Origin: Lysobacteraceae bacterium
GTDB taxonomy: Bacteria; Pseudomonadota; Gammaproteobacteria; Xanthomonadales; Rhodanobacteraceae
Length of the DNA stretch: 64,000 nucleotides
Assembly: GCA_028866435.1 (NCBI GenBank)
Contig: JAGWIC010000001.1
Span: 49,196-113,195, forward strand
Direction: 5' to 3'
Under the pieces are notes generated by a model that made no database searches, was not told the DNA's origin, and worked only from the letters and a program-made list of their open reading frames with translations. Shown piece after piece: positions 31,737 through 41,700 of this stretch (position 1 is the stretch's first letter; each line of letters starts with the position of its first letter). A program made the translations under genes and the position numbers.

Positions 31737-34700
31737 ATGTCTCGCTCCAACAGTATTCGAGCAAACCCTGGGCGCCTGATCGTTCTCGGCAAGGCGAAGC
31801 TGAGACTGCGGCGCTTGCAAACCGGCCTGGGCACTTCCGGTGGCAGGCAAGGCAAGCTGAAAAGTGGCTTGCTTGCGGCCTTGCTGCTGACGGCGGCATC
31901 GCTGCTGGCGCACGACAGCGCGAGGCAATCGGCCTCGCCATCGCTCGCCGACGCGACGAATGCACCGATGGTGGCGACGACCGCAACCCCGTCGGCAGAG
32001 GGGTCGACCGGCTTGCCCGTTGGCCGTCGTTCGCCGCGGGAATCGGCCACCGCCCAGGTCGACGCTGCTGGCGCGCGGGTGGCGACCGGCGCGGCTGCGA
32101 TGAAACCGCCGCAAGGGATGCGCCCGGTGCGGTCGGCTTCCGCGGCGGCGCATGAACCGGCTGCCCTGTCTTCCAGGATGACCCGGACTGCGGAACGCGC
32201 CACTACCCTCCCGCCCACCGCTGCGGTCGCGCCAGCGCCGGTCACGGCGTCGGTCATCGCATCGGCCGCGCCAGCGCAGCCATCGCTGCTCGGCAGCTCG
32301 GCCGGGGTTTCATCCACCGGCGTTTCCGGCAGCCCGGTCGCCAGCGCGTATTCGGTGGTGCCGTTCAACGCCAGCCCGCAGGCGGTCACCCTGGCAGCGC
32401 ATCCCCGGCTGATACTCGATCCGGCCACGCTGGCGACGCTGCAGCAGCGCGCCGCGGCGAATACCCCGGCATGGCAACTGCTGAAGGGCACGTGCGATTC
32501 CTATATCGGCGGAAGCGTGGGCTATCCGACCGACAATGCCTATCCCAACCTGCCCGATCTCGGTGCCGGCTATCAGGGCGAATCGTACCTGCCCGCGCTG
32601 CTGGCCGAAGGCATGTGCTACCAGGTGCTGAAGACCAGCAACCCCACGGCCGCCGCCACCTACGGTGCCAAGGCCGTGGACATCCTCATGAAAATGTCCA
32701 CGCCCTACACCACCGCCTCCGGCAACCAGGGCCAGAACCCGTGCACCGACGACGGCTACGGCATCCGCTTCTTTGGCGTCGGTTTCGGCCTGGGCTACGA
32801 CTGGCTCTATCCGCTGCTGACCGCCGCCCAACGCACCCAGGTTTACACCACGGCGAATGCGTGGATCACTGCCTTCGAACAGGCCAACGGCTGCGCCGCT
32901 TTCGCCTATGCGCATCCGCAGGGCAATTACTTCGCCGGCTATTTCCATGCCAAGGCGGTGATCGCCCTCGGTACCTACGACGAGAATCCGAATGGGCCGG
33001 CGGAATGGACCGACTGGATCGGCAACCAGTTCGGCGTGCGCGTACAGCCCTACTACGCGCTGCACCTGCTGGGCGGTGGCTGGCCGGAGGGTTACGGCAA
33101 TTATGCGCCGCTGGGCATCCTCAACATGAGTCTGCCCGCCCGCGAAGTAAAAACCGCGACCGGCCAGGACCTGGTCAACTCGACCGCACCCTATACGTTT
33201 CCGCTGGACAGCGCGGACTACGCCATGCATTTCACCTGGCCGTCGCGTGCGTATTTCGATGACCGCGACACCAACCACTCCAGCGGCAACACGGTCAATC
33301 CTCCCGGTACGGTGCCGGTCGACATGTTCGAGCAGATACTGGCCGACCTGATCTACTGGAAATCGCCGAAGGTCGCCGTGTTCAACCAGTACCTCAGCGA
33401 GGTGACGACAGCGACCAGCGACTTCAGCCCGACCGATGCATGGATGCTCTTCCTCGGCAGCGACCCGGGCACGCCGACCGCCGCCCTGTCCACCCTGCCG
33501 CTGTCCTACTTCGCGCCGGGCATGAACGCGGTGTCCGCACGTTCCGACTGGACCACGGCGGCTTCGTGGATGTCGTTCCGCGCCGGCCCGTACGTCAACA
33601 ATCCCGGCCAGGGCGAGGAATACTTCGATCAGGGCAGCCTCGCCCTGGTCCGTGGCGGGAACCCCCTGCTGGTCAATGCCGGTGGATGGATCGTGCACGA
33701 GCCCAACGGCACCTCCGACGAGACCAACGTCTACAACGACAACTACGGCTCGTTCAATGGCACGGTGTATCTCGGCAACCGCCAGCTCTACAACGTGTTC
33801 TACGTGCGCAACATGAGCGGAACCACGGTGCTCGATCGCTACGGGCAGGGTGCCTACACGACCGAGGACAACCAGGTGCGTACGCAGGTCGCGGCGTACG
33901 AGGACGGCGGCCGTTACGTCTACGTGTTGTCCACGCACCTGGAAGACATGTATCGGCCGTTCTCGGCCGGGCCGGGGGTGTCGGCCTGGTCGCGCGAGGT
34001 GGTGTATCTGCGGCCGAACCGGTTCGTCGTGTATGACCGCACCACCGAAGGCAGCGCCAGCTACGACCAGTTCCTCGCCTGGCATTTCCCCGCCAGCCCG
34101 GTCGCCGCAAGCGCGCCGAGCGGCCAGGGCAGGTTCGACGTGACCTATGCAGGCCAGTACATGGGCGCGATGATCAACGTGCTGCCCGCGAACACCACCT
34201 CCACCATCATCCCGCTGTATCCGTCCAGCAGCCCGCCAAAGGTGTGGCAGCTGCAGGTGCGCCCGCCCACGTCCGCAGTCAGTCAGAACTGGCTCACGGT
34301 ATTCGATCTTTCGTCGTCAGCCTCGGGCGTGGCCAGCACCAGCCCGGTCACCGTCAGCCAGGGCGGCATCGTGGGCGTGCAACTGCAGGCCAGCGACGGC
34401 AACGACGTGGTGGTCAGCAGCACCGGGCCGGCCGGAACCGCACTGACTGGAACCTTGGCTTATGGCGTTTCCGCGGTGGCCGCTTACCATGTCGTCACCG
34501 ACCTGGTTCCGAATACCGGCTACACCGCCACGGCGAGCGTCAATGGCAGCGTCCAGGACATCGCCATCAGCGCCGGCGGCACGCTCATGAGCAGTGCCAA
34601 GGGGGTGTTGACCTTCTATGTGACCGCTGCCGGCGTGGTACAGACGACACCCCCGGCGCCGCCACCACCGCCGTATCCGACCGTGCCGCTGAGTACGATG

Positions 34701-34739
34701 CCGGTAACGGGGTTCCCCGCGCCTTACACCGGGCCGTGA
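31737..34739 (+). CDS. Large exported heparinase II/III-like (alpha/alpha toroid plus beta-sandwich) protein
   Basis: Hydrophobic N-terminal segment, long Ala/Ser/Pro/Thr linker, HPRL, GGWPEGYGNY, ARSDW..SFRAGP, DQGS, and a beta-rich C-terminus. ATG 31737 has a GGAG RBS. Confidence 0.65.
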   Translation: MSRSNSIRANPGRLIVLGKAKLRLRRLQTGLGTSGGRQGKLKSGLLAALLLTAASLLAHDSARQSASPSLADATNAPMVATTATPSAEGSTGLPVGRRSPRESATAQVDAAGARVATGAAAMKPPQGMRPVRSASAAAHEPAALSSRMTRTAERATTLPPTAAVAPAPVTASVIASAAPAQPSLLGSSAGVSSTGVSGSPVASAYSVVPFNASPQAVTLAAHPRLILDPATLATLQQRAAANTPAWQLLKGTCDSYIGGSVGYPTDNAYPNLPDLGAGYQGESYLPALLAEGMCYQVLKTSNPTAAATYGAKAVDILMKMSTPYTTASGNQGQNPCTDDGYGIRFFGVGFGLGYDWLYPLLTAAQRTQVYTTANAWITAFEQANGCAAFAYAHPQGNYFAGYFHAKAVIALGTYDENPNGPAEWTDWIGNQFGVRVQPYYALHLLGGGWPEGYGNYAPLGILNMSLPAREVKTATGQDLVNSTAPYTFPLDSADYAMHFTWPSRAYFDDRDTNHSSGNTVNPPGTVPVDMFEQILADLIYWKSPKVAVFNQYLSEVTTATSDFSPTDAWMLFLGSDPGTPTAALSTLPLSYFAPGMNAVSARSDWTTAASWMSFRAGPYVNNPGQGEEYFDQGSLALVRGGNPLLVNAGGWIVHEPNGTSDETNVYNDNYGSFNGTVYLGNRQLYNVFYVRNMSGTTVLDRYGQGAYTTEDNQVRTQVAAYEDGGRYVYVLSTHLEDMYRPFSAGPGVSAWSREVVYLRPNRFVVYDRTTEGSASYDQFLAWHFPASPVAASAPSGQGRFDVTYAGQYMGAMINVLPANTTSTIIPLYPSSSPPKVWQLQVRPPTSAVSQNWLTVFDLSSSASGVASTSPVTVSQGGIVGVQLQASDGNDVVVSSTGPAGTALTGTLAYGVSAVAAYHVVTDLVPNTGYTATASVNGSVQDIAISAGGTLMSSAKGVLTFYVTAAGVVQTTPPAPPPPPYPTVPLSTMPVTGFPAPYTGP

Positions 34740-34765
34740 TGCCGCGACGCACGGGAGCGCCCCCG

Positions 34766-35455
34766 TCACTCCTTCGCCGGTGGCGGATGCGCGGGAGCAT
34801 CGAGAGGCCGCTGCGGCGAGCTGTACCAGTCCACGACCTTGTTGTTCTCGAAGCGGATCCAGGACGGGCCGTACTCCCACCGCTCGCCGGACACGATGGC
34901 GCCGGGCGGACCCTCGATGGCGCGGATGGCATCGGGGCCCATGCCCAGCGCAATGGCCGGCGCCGGCGGGGTGGCACCCTGCGGGGAACTGTCGTCGCCG
35001 ACGTAGGCGATGACGGCGGTCGTTGTCGATGATTCCGGTGTGGTCCTTTCCCGCGGCCACAGCAGCCAGACCAGCGCGGCGAACACCAGCACGATCAGCC
35101 ATCGGGGCGAGAATCCTGCGCCTTTCGGTTCGCGCGCGGGCCGTTGCACCGGATCGTTGCCGCGGCTGGGCGGCCGGTCGGTCCCTGCCCTGCCTCCGCC
35201 TGCCGCGAGCCGCGGCGGCGCGGCGGCGCCCGGCAGGCGGCCATGCTGGCGCTGAAAGGCCATGGCACTGCCGTACAAGGTCGTGAGCTGCCGCAGGCGT
35301 TCGGTGGCGACCTCGGCGTTCGCGCCGTCGGGGCGCCGATCCGGGTGCAGCACGGCGACCCGGCGTCGATAAGCCAACTTGAACTCGTCCAGTTCGCAGT
35401 CGGCGTTCAAACCGAGGATTTTGTACAACATGAGGAAATCGATCTCGGCTGCCAC
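34766..35455 (-). CDS. Membrane-anchored J-domain (DnaJ-like) protein with small C-terminal extracytoplasmic domain
   Basis: LYKILGL...AYRR...LHPDR J-domain, TM WLIVLVFAALVWLLW, C-terminal LGM...V/I..G.P...W.Y pattern resembling SmpA/BamE. Confidence 0.8.
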   Translation of the reverse strand: MAAEIDFLMLYKILGLNADCELDEFKLAYRRRVAVLHPDRRPDGANAEVATERLRQLTTLYGSAMAFQRQHGRLPGAAAPPRLAAGGGRAGTDRPPSRGNDPVQRPAREPKGAGFSPRWLIVLVFAALVWLLWPRERTTPESSTTTAVIAYVGDDSSPQGATPPAPAIALGMGPDAIRAIEGPPGAIVSGERWEYGPSWIRFENNKVVDWYSSPQRPLDAPAHPPPAKE

Positions 35456-35704
35456 GCGTCCCCATCCTCCCTTCCGCCTCGACGGACTGCCCCGGTGGTG
35501 ACCGACTGCGGCCTGGACCCGAATGCGCCGTCCGCCTGACAGGATACTTCAAGCCGCGGTTGGAAGCGGAACCACGATGCCACCGTCCACCGCCGGCGCT
35601 CGTGCGACCAGCGCGCGCGCCATGCGCGCCGGCATGAGCGGCCTGGGCGTCCCTCTTCGCGAATGTGGTAGCGTTGCATGCGGTTGCGACAAGCAGGGGG
35701 ATTC

Positions 35705-36547
35705 ATGTCCACTGTATCGTCTGGAAGCCTGCGCCGGGTCGTTCGCGGGGTCGCCGAACTGCCACTCATCCGGTCGCTGGCCAAGCCGGTGTATCGGCAA
35801 TTGTTTTCCCGCGACGTGCTGCCGGGCAACAGCTATTGCGGTGTGTTCGCGAGCGTGGACGAGGCGCGGGCCAATGCGCCGGAATCACTTCCCACCAGCT
35901 TCGACTTCGTGCAGTCGGGCGATCTCTACAACGACCGCCTGGACAGCGTGGTGGGCACCGATTACCCGATCCTGTTCTGGCTCTCGCAGCTGTTCGCGGC
36001 CGGTTGCCGTACGGTGTTCGATCTGGGCGGCAACGTCGGCACCAGCTATTACGGGTTCCGCCACCACCTCGACTATCCGGAAGGTGTCCGCTGGCTGATC
36101 CACGACGTTCCCATGGTGGTGGAAGCTGGGCGCAGGCGGGCCGAGCGACAGGATCCCGAGCGGAAACTTCAGTTCACCGGCAGGCGCGAGGATGTCGACG
36201 GCTCGGACATCCTGCTATGCGGGGGGGTGCTGCAGTATCTGGACTACACGCTGGCGGAACTGCTGCGCGACGTGCCCGATCCGCCGCGTCACATCCTGGT
36301 CAACATGACGCCGCTGCATCCGGAGCATTCGTTCGTCACCTTGCAACGCGTCACCCACCATGGCGCGGGCATCGCCAATTGCCCCTACCGGATCGCTTCC
36401 GTCGCCGAGTTCATCGCCGGCACCGCGTCGGCGGGCTACGCGGTGGTCGACCAGTGGCAGTCGTTCGAGCGTTACGTGCGGATTCCTTTCGAGCCGGCAC
36501 ATGCGGTCGACTGCTATTACGGTTTCCATTTGCGGCGCAGCGACTGA
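35705..36547 (+). CDS. Putative SAM-dependent methyltransferase (TIGR04325-like)
   Basis: DYPILFWL, VFDLGGNVG SAM-binding-like motif, GVLQY. Confidence 0.7.
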   Translation: MSTVSSGSLRRVVRGVAELPLIRSLAKPVYRQLFSRDVLPGNSYCGVFASVDEARANAPESLPTSFDFVQSGDLYNDRLDSVVGTDYPILFWLSQLFAAGCRTVFDLGGNVGTSYYGFRHHLDYPEGVRWLIHDVPMVVEAGRRRAERQDPERKLQFTGRREDVDGSDILLCGGVLQYLDYTLAELLRDVPDPPRHILVNMTPLHPEHSFVTLQRVTHHGAGIANCPYRIASVAEFIAGTASAGYAVVDQWQSFERYVRIPFEPAHAVDCYYGFHLRRSD

Positions 36548-36726
36548 ATGCACGGTGCGTGGATGGCATCGTCCACGTGCTGCGCCGTCGTTGCCGATTA
36601 CGCCGCGTCAAGATCGGCTTGCCTGAAGCGGCGCGGTTGTTGCGACGCGCGTTGAGCCGATGCACACTAGCCCTTGCCTTCGCCGGCGTTGGCGGTGACA
36701 TGCTGGGCTGATAGGGGAGAAGCACG

Positions 36727-37647
36727 GTGACTCATCCGTCCATTTACGTGGAAGCCGACTGGCGTGGATTCGACCCCTGGCGAATCCAGCCGGTTCGGCA
36801 TCGCCTGATGGAGCATCCCGCGCTGCAACTGCCCGCGCTGATCGAGCTGGGCAAGCGCCTGGAGTCGTCGGGTGGGGTCCGCACCCACGGCAGCGGCGCA
36901 ACGGCGGGTACCTCGTTCAATCACGCTCCCAAGCTGCATCCCAACAACCAGGGCGCCGCCGCGACGCTGGCCGATATCGAGCACGCGCAGGCATGGATGT
37001 CGCTGCTCAATGTGCAGGTTGATCCGCCGTACCGCGACCTGGTCGACCAGGTGCTTGATTCGCTCAAGCCGCACATCGACGCGGTCGACCCGGGCATGAG
37101 CTACCGCGCGGGATGGATCTTCGTCACCTCGCCGGGCGCGGTGACCCCGTTCCACATGGACAAGGAGCACAATTTCATCCTGCAGATGCGCGGGCACAAG
37201 CGGCTTTACGTGTGGGACCCGCATGACACCGTGGCGGTCAGTGAACCGGCCCGCGACCTTTTCCACCGGGGGCATTCCCGCGACCTGGTCCAGTGGCGCG
37301 AGGAACTCCGCCAGCGCGCGCAGGTGTTCGACCTCACGCCCGGCATGGGTGCCTACATGCCGTCGACCAGTCCGCACATGGTCGAGAACGGCGATGAGCC
37401 ATCGGTCACCATGAGCTTCACCTACTACACCCGTGCCACCCGCCGCGACGCGCAGCTGCATCGGACCCACGAGGCCATGCGCCGCATGGGCATCGCGCCG
37501 CCCGCCGTAGGGCGATATCCGGCGCTGGATGCGCTCACGCTCGCCGCCGCGCGAATGTATGCGGGGGCGAAGCGCGCGGTACGCCTGCGCGGCAGCGATT
37601 CGATGGCGTCGGATTCGCTGCCCTACGCCATTCCGGGGCGTCACTGA
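36727..37647 (+). CDS. JmjC/cupin-fold Fe(II)/2-oxoglutarate oxygenase
   Basis: TPFHMDKEHNF (HxD), QMRGHK, distal PHMVEN, SVTMSF. Confidence 0.8.
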   Translation: MTHPSIYVEADWRGFDPWRIQPVRHRLMEHPALQLPALIELGKRLESSGGVRTHGSGATAGTSFNHAPKLHPNNQGAAATLADIEHAQAWMSLLNVQVDPPYRDLVDQVLDSLKPHIDAVDPGMSYRAGWIFVTSPGAVTPFHMDKEHNFILQMRGHKRLYVWDPHDTVAVSEPARDLFHRGHSRDLVQWREELRQRAQVFDLTPGMGAYMPSTSPHMVENGDEPSVTMSFTYYTRATRRDAQLHRTHEAMRRMGIAPPAVGRYPALDALTLAAARMYAGAKRAVRLRGSDSMASDSLPYAIPGRH

Positions 37648-37649
37648 CC

Positions 37650-38504
37650 ATGCTGGCGAACGCCGCCCGCTCGAGCGCCGTGCATCCGGCATGGCTGATA
37701 TTCGCCGGGCTGGCGTGGGTCTGCAACGTCACCGCTGCCGAGATTCCCGCGCCGTCGGGTCAGGCCGGACCTTCGCTGGGCGCACATACCTTGCTCGCCC
37801 AGGCGGATGGCCGAGGCAGCAGTCCGGCCGTCACCCAGCCGATCACCACCCGTGCGAACGGAAGCTCGCTACTGGTGCTCAACGGCGGTTACGCCTCCAA
37901 CACCAGCGCGCCAGCGGACAGCTATGCGAACCACTGGGTGCAGCACGGCGACAACGCGGTCTATCACGGCTATCAGGGCCGATTCGACGTCAAGGCCTAT
38001 GTGGCGCTGTCGGCCAGGGGCGGCCCGCGCCACACGGTGAGCCTGCGCAAGAACGGCAACGCCAGCGGGGAGATCACGGTCCCGTTCATCGAGATCAGGG
38101 ATGCCGACGTTTTGCAGGACTTTGCCGAGAATTACGCGGTACCCGGACTGACCGCTCGCATCGCGGGCAAGTTGACGCGCGGCGTGCGACGACTGCTGTC
38201 CGAACCGCCCGTCAACAGCGTCACCCTGACCAGTGGCGAAGTCACCACCACCGGGCCGGCAACGCTGATCGCGGTGTGGTGGGGCGATGCCGTGGTGTAT
38301 CGCATGACCGCGGTGCCCGACCATGGCTTCACCGTCATCGACCGTTTCCTCGACCTGCCGCCGGAAAGCGGGGTCCAGTGCGCCGTGGCTGCCAGGCGGG
38401 TCGACCGGGCCGGCACCTACAAGGTGGACTGGACGGGCAGCCCGGCGCAGGGGGCGATACTATGGCTGTTCGCGTTCGAGCGGTCGAACCGGCCCGGACG
38501 CTAG
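37650..38504 (+). CDS. Exported beta-rich hypothetical protein
   Basis: Signal-peptide-like N-terminus. Starts just after the JmjC stop. Two loosely similar halves. Confidence 0.7.
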   Translation: MLANAARSSAVHPAWLIFAGLAWVCNVTAAEIPAPSGQAGPSLGAHTLLAQADGRGSSPAVTQPITTRANGSSLLVLNGGYASNTSAPADSYANHWVQHGDNAVYHGYQGRFDVKAYVALSARGGPRHTVSLRKNGNASGEITVPFIEIRDADVLQDFAENYAVPGLTARIAGKLTRGVRRLLSEPPVNSVTLTSGEVTTTGPATLIAVWWGDAVVYRMTAVPDHGFTVIDRFLDLPPESGVQCAVAARRVDRAGTYKVDWTGSPAQGAILWLFAFERSNRPGR

Positions 38505-38748
38505 TGGAGACAGCCGCCGACGCGGGCATATCGACGGATGCAGGGTGCAGGCGATGGGGCGATATGCGGAGCCGGGGTGGTTCGGATCTTGCGTTCAGCG
38601 GCAGCCGCGTGAGATTTTGCGGATCGAGTGGAAAACGATGGAGCAGGTGTCGGCGCCGGGAACCTCTCCGCGCGATTTCCCGGAGTAGTCTGTCAAGCCA
38701 CACAACGGGTCGTTGCGGCGCCACCGGCCGCCTCGACATGGGGGGGCG

Positions 38749-41700
38749 GTGAGCGCGAAAGAAGATCGCGAATCCGGAGTCGACGGCAAGCCGCTGCTTG
38801 AGGTGCTGCCTTGCGTCGCGGGCGCCGCCCCGGTCGCTTGGCGGCAACGCCGCGTGCCGCTGGATCCGGCACTGGCAAGCGAGCTGCAACGGCTGGCTGG
38901 CAGCGATGGCGGCAACCCCGGCGTGGCGCTCTGTGCGGCGCTGGCGCTGGCGGAATCGCGCTTGACGGGTGCCTCGACGGTGACGGCGACGCTGCAGGGC
39001 GCCGGAGGCCGCAGCCAGGCCGGGCTGGACACCGCTGAAGATGAATCGCCGCGGGCCTGGTTGCGCCGGTGCGCGCGGGCGCTGCAACACGCCACGGACG
39101 TGGTTCCCGGCGCCTGGATGGTGGGCGATGAGGCGCCCGTGGACGACGACACCGCGCACGGGACGTCGGTGTGGCGCCTGGACGGAACCCCGGATCTCGC
39201 GATCGAGGTGAGTTTCCGCCCTCCGCTGGGCGACGATGCGGTCGACTTGCTGGTTGGCGTCGTGCGGCGCGTGCTGACGGAACTGCTCTGCGCCGGCCAC
39301 GCGTCGCTGCGATCGATCGCTTTGCTGGACGCGGCCCAGCGCGACCGCCTGCTGACGGCCTGGAACCACACCGGGGTTCCGCGGGACCGGGCCGATACCG
39401 TGGCCAGCGTATTCGGCAAGGTGGCGGCCGCCCACCCGCAGGCCACCGCCGTGGTCGACGCCGGCGGCAGCCTCAGCTATGCCCAACTCGACCGGCAGGC
39501 CGGCCGCCTCGCCGCGCGCTTGCGCGAGGCCGGCGTGGCGCCGGGCGATGTCGTCGGGGTGATGCTGGAGCGGTCGGCCGTCGCCCTGGTCGCCATCCTT
39601 GGCGTGCTCAAGGCCGGGGCCGCCTATCTGCCGCTGGATCGTGCGCATCCGCCCGAGCGTCTGGCCTTCGCGCTCGCCGATGCCGGGGCGGGCGTGGTCG
39701 TGCTCGATCCGTCCAGCGCGGTGCCGCCGTTGCCCTCATCGGTCCGCCGCATGGCGGCAGTCGCCGAAGGCGGGGCGGAGCGTTCGACTGCCGAAGCCGT
39801 CGCGGCGGCGGCGATCGACGGCGACGCGCTGGCCTATGTGATGTACACCTCCGGTTCGACGGGCACGCCCAAGGGCGTGGCGATCCGTCACCGCTCGATC
39901 ATTCGCCTGGTCTGCGGCGTCGACTACGTCACGCTGGGGGCCGACACGCGCATGCTGCACGCCGCGCCGCTCGGCTTCGATGCCTCGACCCTGGAGCTGT
40001 GGGGCGCATTGTTGAACGGCGGCTGCGTCGTGGTCCACGACGAGCCGATTCCCACCGCCGCCGGCCTGGCCCGCAGCATTGCCGACCACGGCGTCACCAC
40101 GGCGTGGCTGACGGCGTCGTTGTTCAATGCCGTGGTCGACGAGGATCCCCGCCAGCTGGCCGGCCTGCGCGAGCTGCTGACCGGCGGCGAGGCGCTGTCG
40201 GTCGCGCATGTGCGCCGCGCGCTGGCGGCCTTGCCGCAGACCACGATCATCAACGGCTACGGTCCGACCGAATGCACCACTTTCGCCTGTACCTATCGCA
40301 TTCCGCGGCAGCTGCCTGAGGGTGCGCGCGCCGTGCCGATCGGCCGGCCGATCGCCAACACGCAGGCCTACGTGCTCAATTCCAGCCGGCAACCGGTGCC
40401 GATTGGCGTGATCGGCGAATTGTATGTGGGCGGTGCCGGCGTGGCGCGCGGTTACCTCGGTCGTCCCGAGTTGAGCGCCGAGCGGTTTGTCGCGGATCCT
40501 TTCGCGGCGGGCGAGCGCATGTACCGCACCGGCGACCTGGTGCGCTGGCTGCCCGACGGCACGCTGGACTTCGTGGGGCGCGGCGACAACCAGGTCAAGC
40601 TGCGCGGCTACCGCATCGAAACCGGGGAGGTGGAGGCCGTGCTGGCGCGCCATCCCGGCGTACGGGCCTGTGCCGTGGTGCTGCGGGACGACCCGCCGCT
40701 GGGCAAGCGCCTGGTCGCCTACGTGGTGGCCGCGGATGCCGGCGCCACGGCGCCGCAGCTGCGCGCCCACCTTGCCGCGTCGCTGCCTGAATTTATGGTG
40801 CCGACCGCCTACGTGCCGCTGGACGCCCTGCCGATCACCGCCAACGGCAAGCTGGACCGGCGTGCCTTGCCGGCCCCGGGCAATGCGCGGCCGGCGTTGG
40901 CCGAAGCGTACGAGGCGCCGATGCCGGGGCCGGAGCAGGGCGTGTGCGATGCCTTTGCCGCGATCCTCGGGCTGGACCGGGTCGGCCGGCGCGACAATTT
41001 CTTCGCGCTGGGCGGCAGTTCGTTGCTGGCGGTGCGCCTGGTCAACGACCTGCGCCGCACCGGCCAGCCCGAGCTGAGCGTGCTCGACTTCTTCCGGGAC
41101 CCGACCCCGATCGCCCTGGCTGGCCGTCGCGGCGCCGCCGATGCCGCCGCCCACGGTCCGGCGCGGATGGGACGGCAGCGGTCCGCCGCGCCGGCCGGTC
41201 AGGCCGAGCCCGTCGCGATCATCGGCATGAGCGGGCGCTTTCCCGGCGCCGGCGACGTGGAGGCGTTCTGGGACAACCTCTGCGCCGGGCGCGAGTCGAT
41301 CACCCGCTTCGATCCGGAGCAACTCGATCCGTCGATTCCGGCCGAACTGCGCAACGATCCGGCCTATGTCCCCGCGCGTGGCGTGATCGATGCGGTGGAG
41401 TGGTTCGACGCGGCGTTTTTCGGCATCAACCCGCGCGAGGCGGAGCTGATGGATCCGCAGCAGCGGCTCTTTCTCGAACTGTGCTGGGAGTGCATGGAGC
41501 GCGCCGGCCACGTGCCGGATGCGCAGGAGGGTCCGGTGGGCGTGTTTGGCGGCATGTACAACGCCAGCTATTTCCGCAACCACCTCGGCGCGCATCCGGA
41601 GCTGATCGAAAAGCTCGGCGCGTTCCAGGTGATGCTCGACAACGAGAAAGACTTCGTCGCGCCGCGGGTGGCGCACAAGCTCAACCTCACCGGGCCGGCG

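Noticed and set aside
34660-34739. Pro-rich C-terminus of the heparinase-like protein as a PEP-CTERM sorting signal
   Set aside because: No VPEP motif, TM helix or basic tail.
35664-35676. TGTGGTAGCGTTG resembling an ops (RfaH) element ahead of the long operon
   Set aside because: Several mismatches to GGCGGTAGnnTG, no JUMPStart context, and no NusG paralog in the window.
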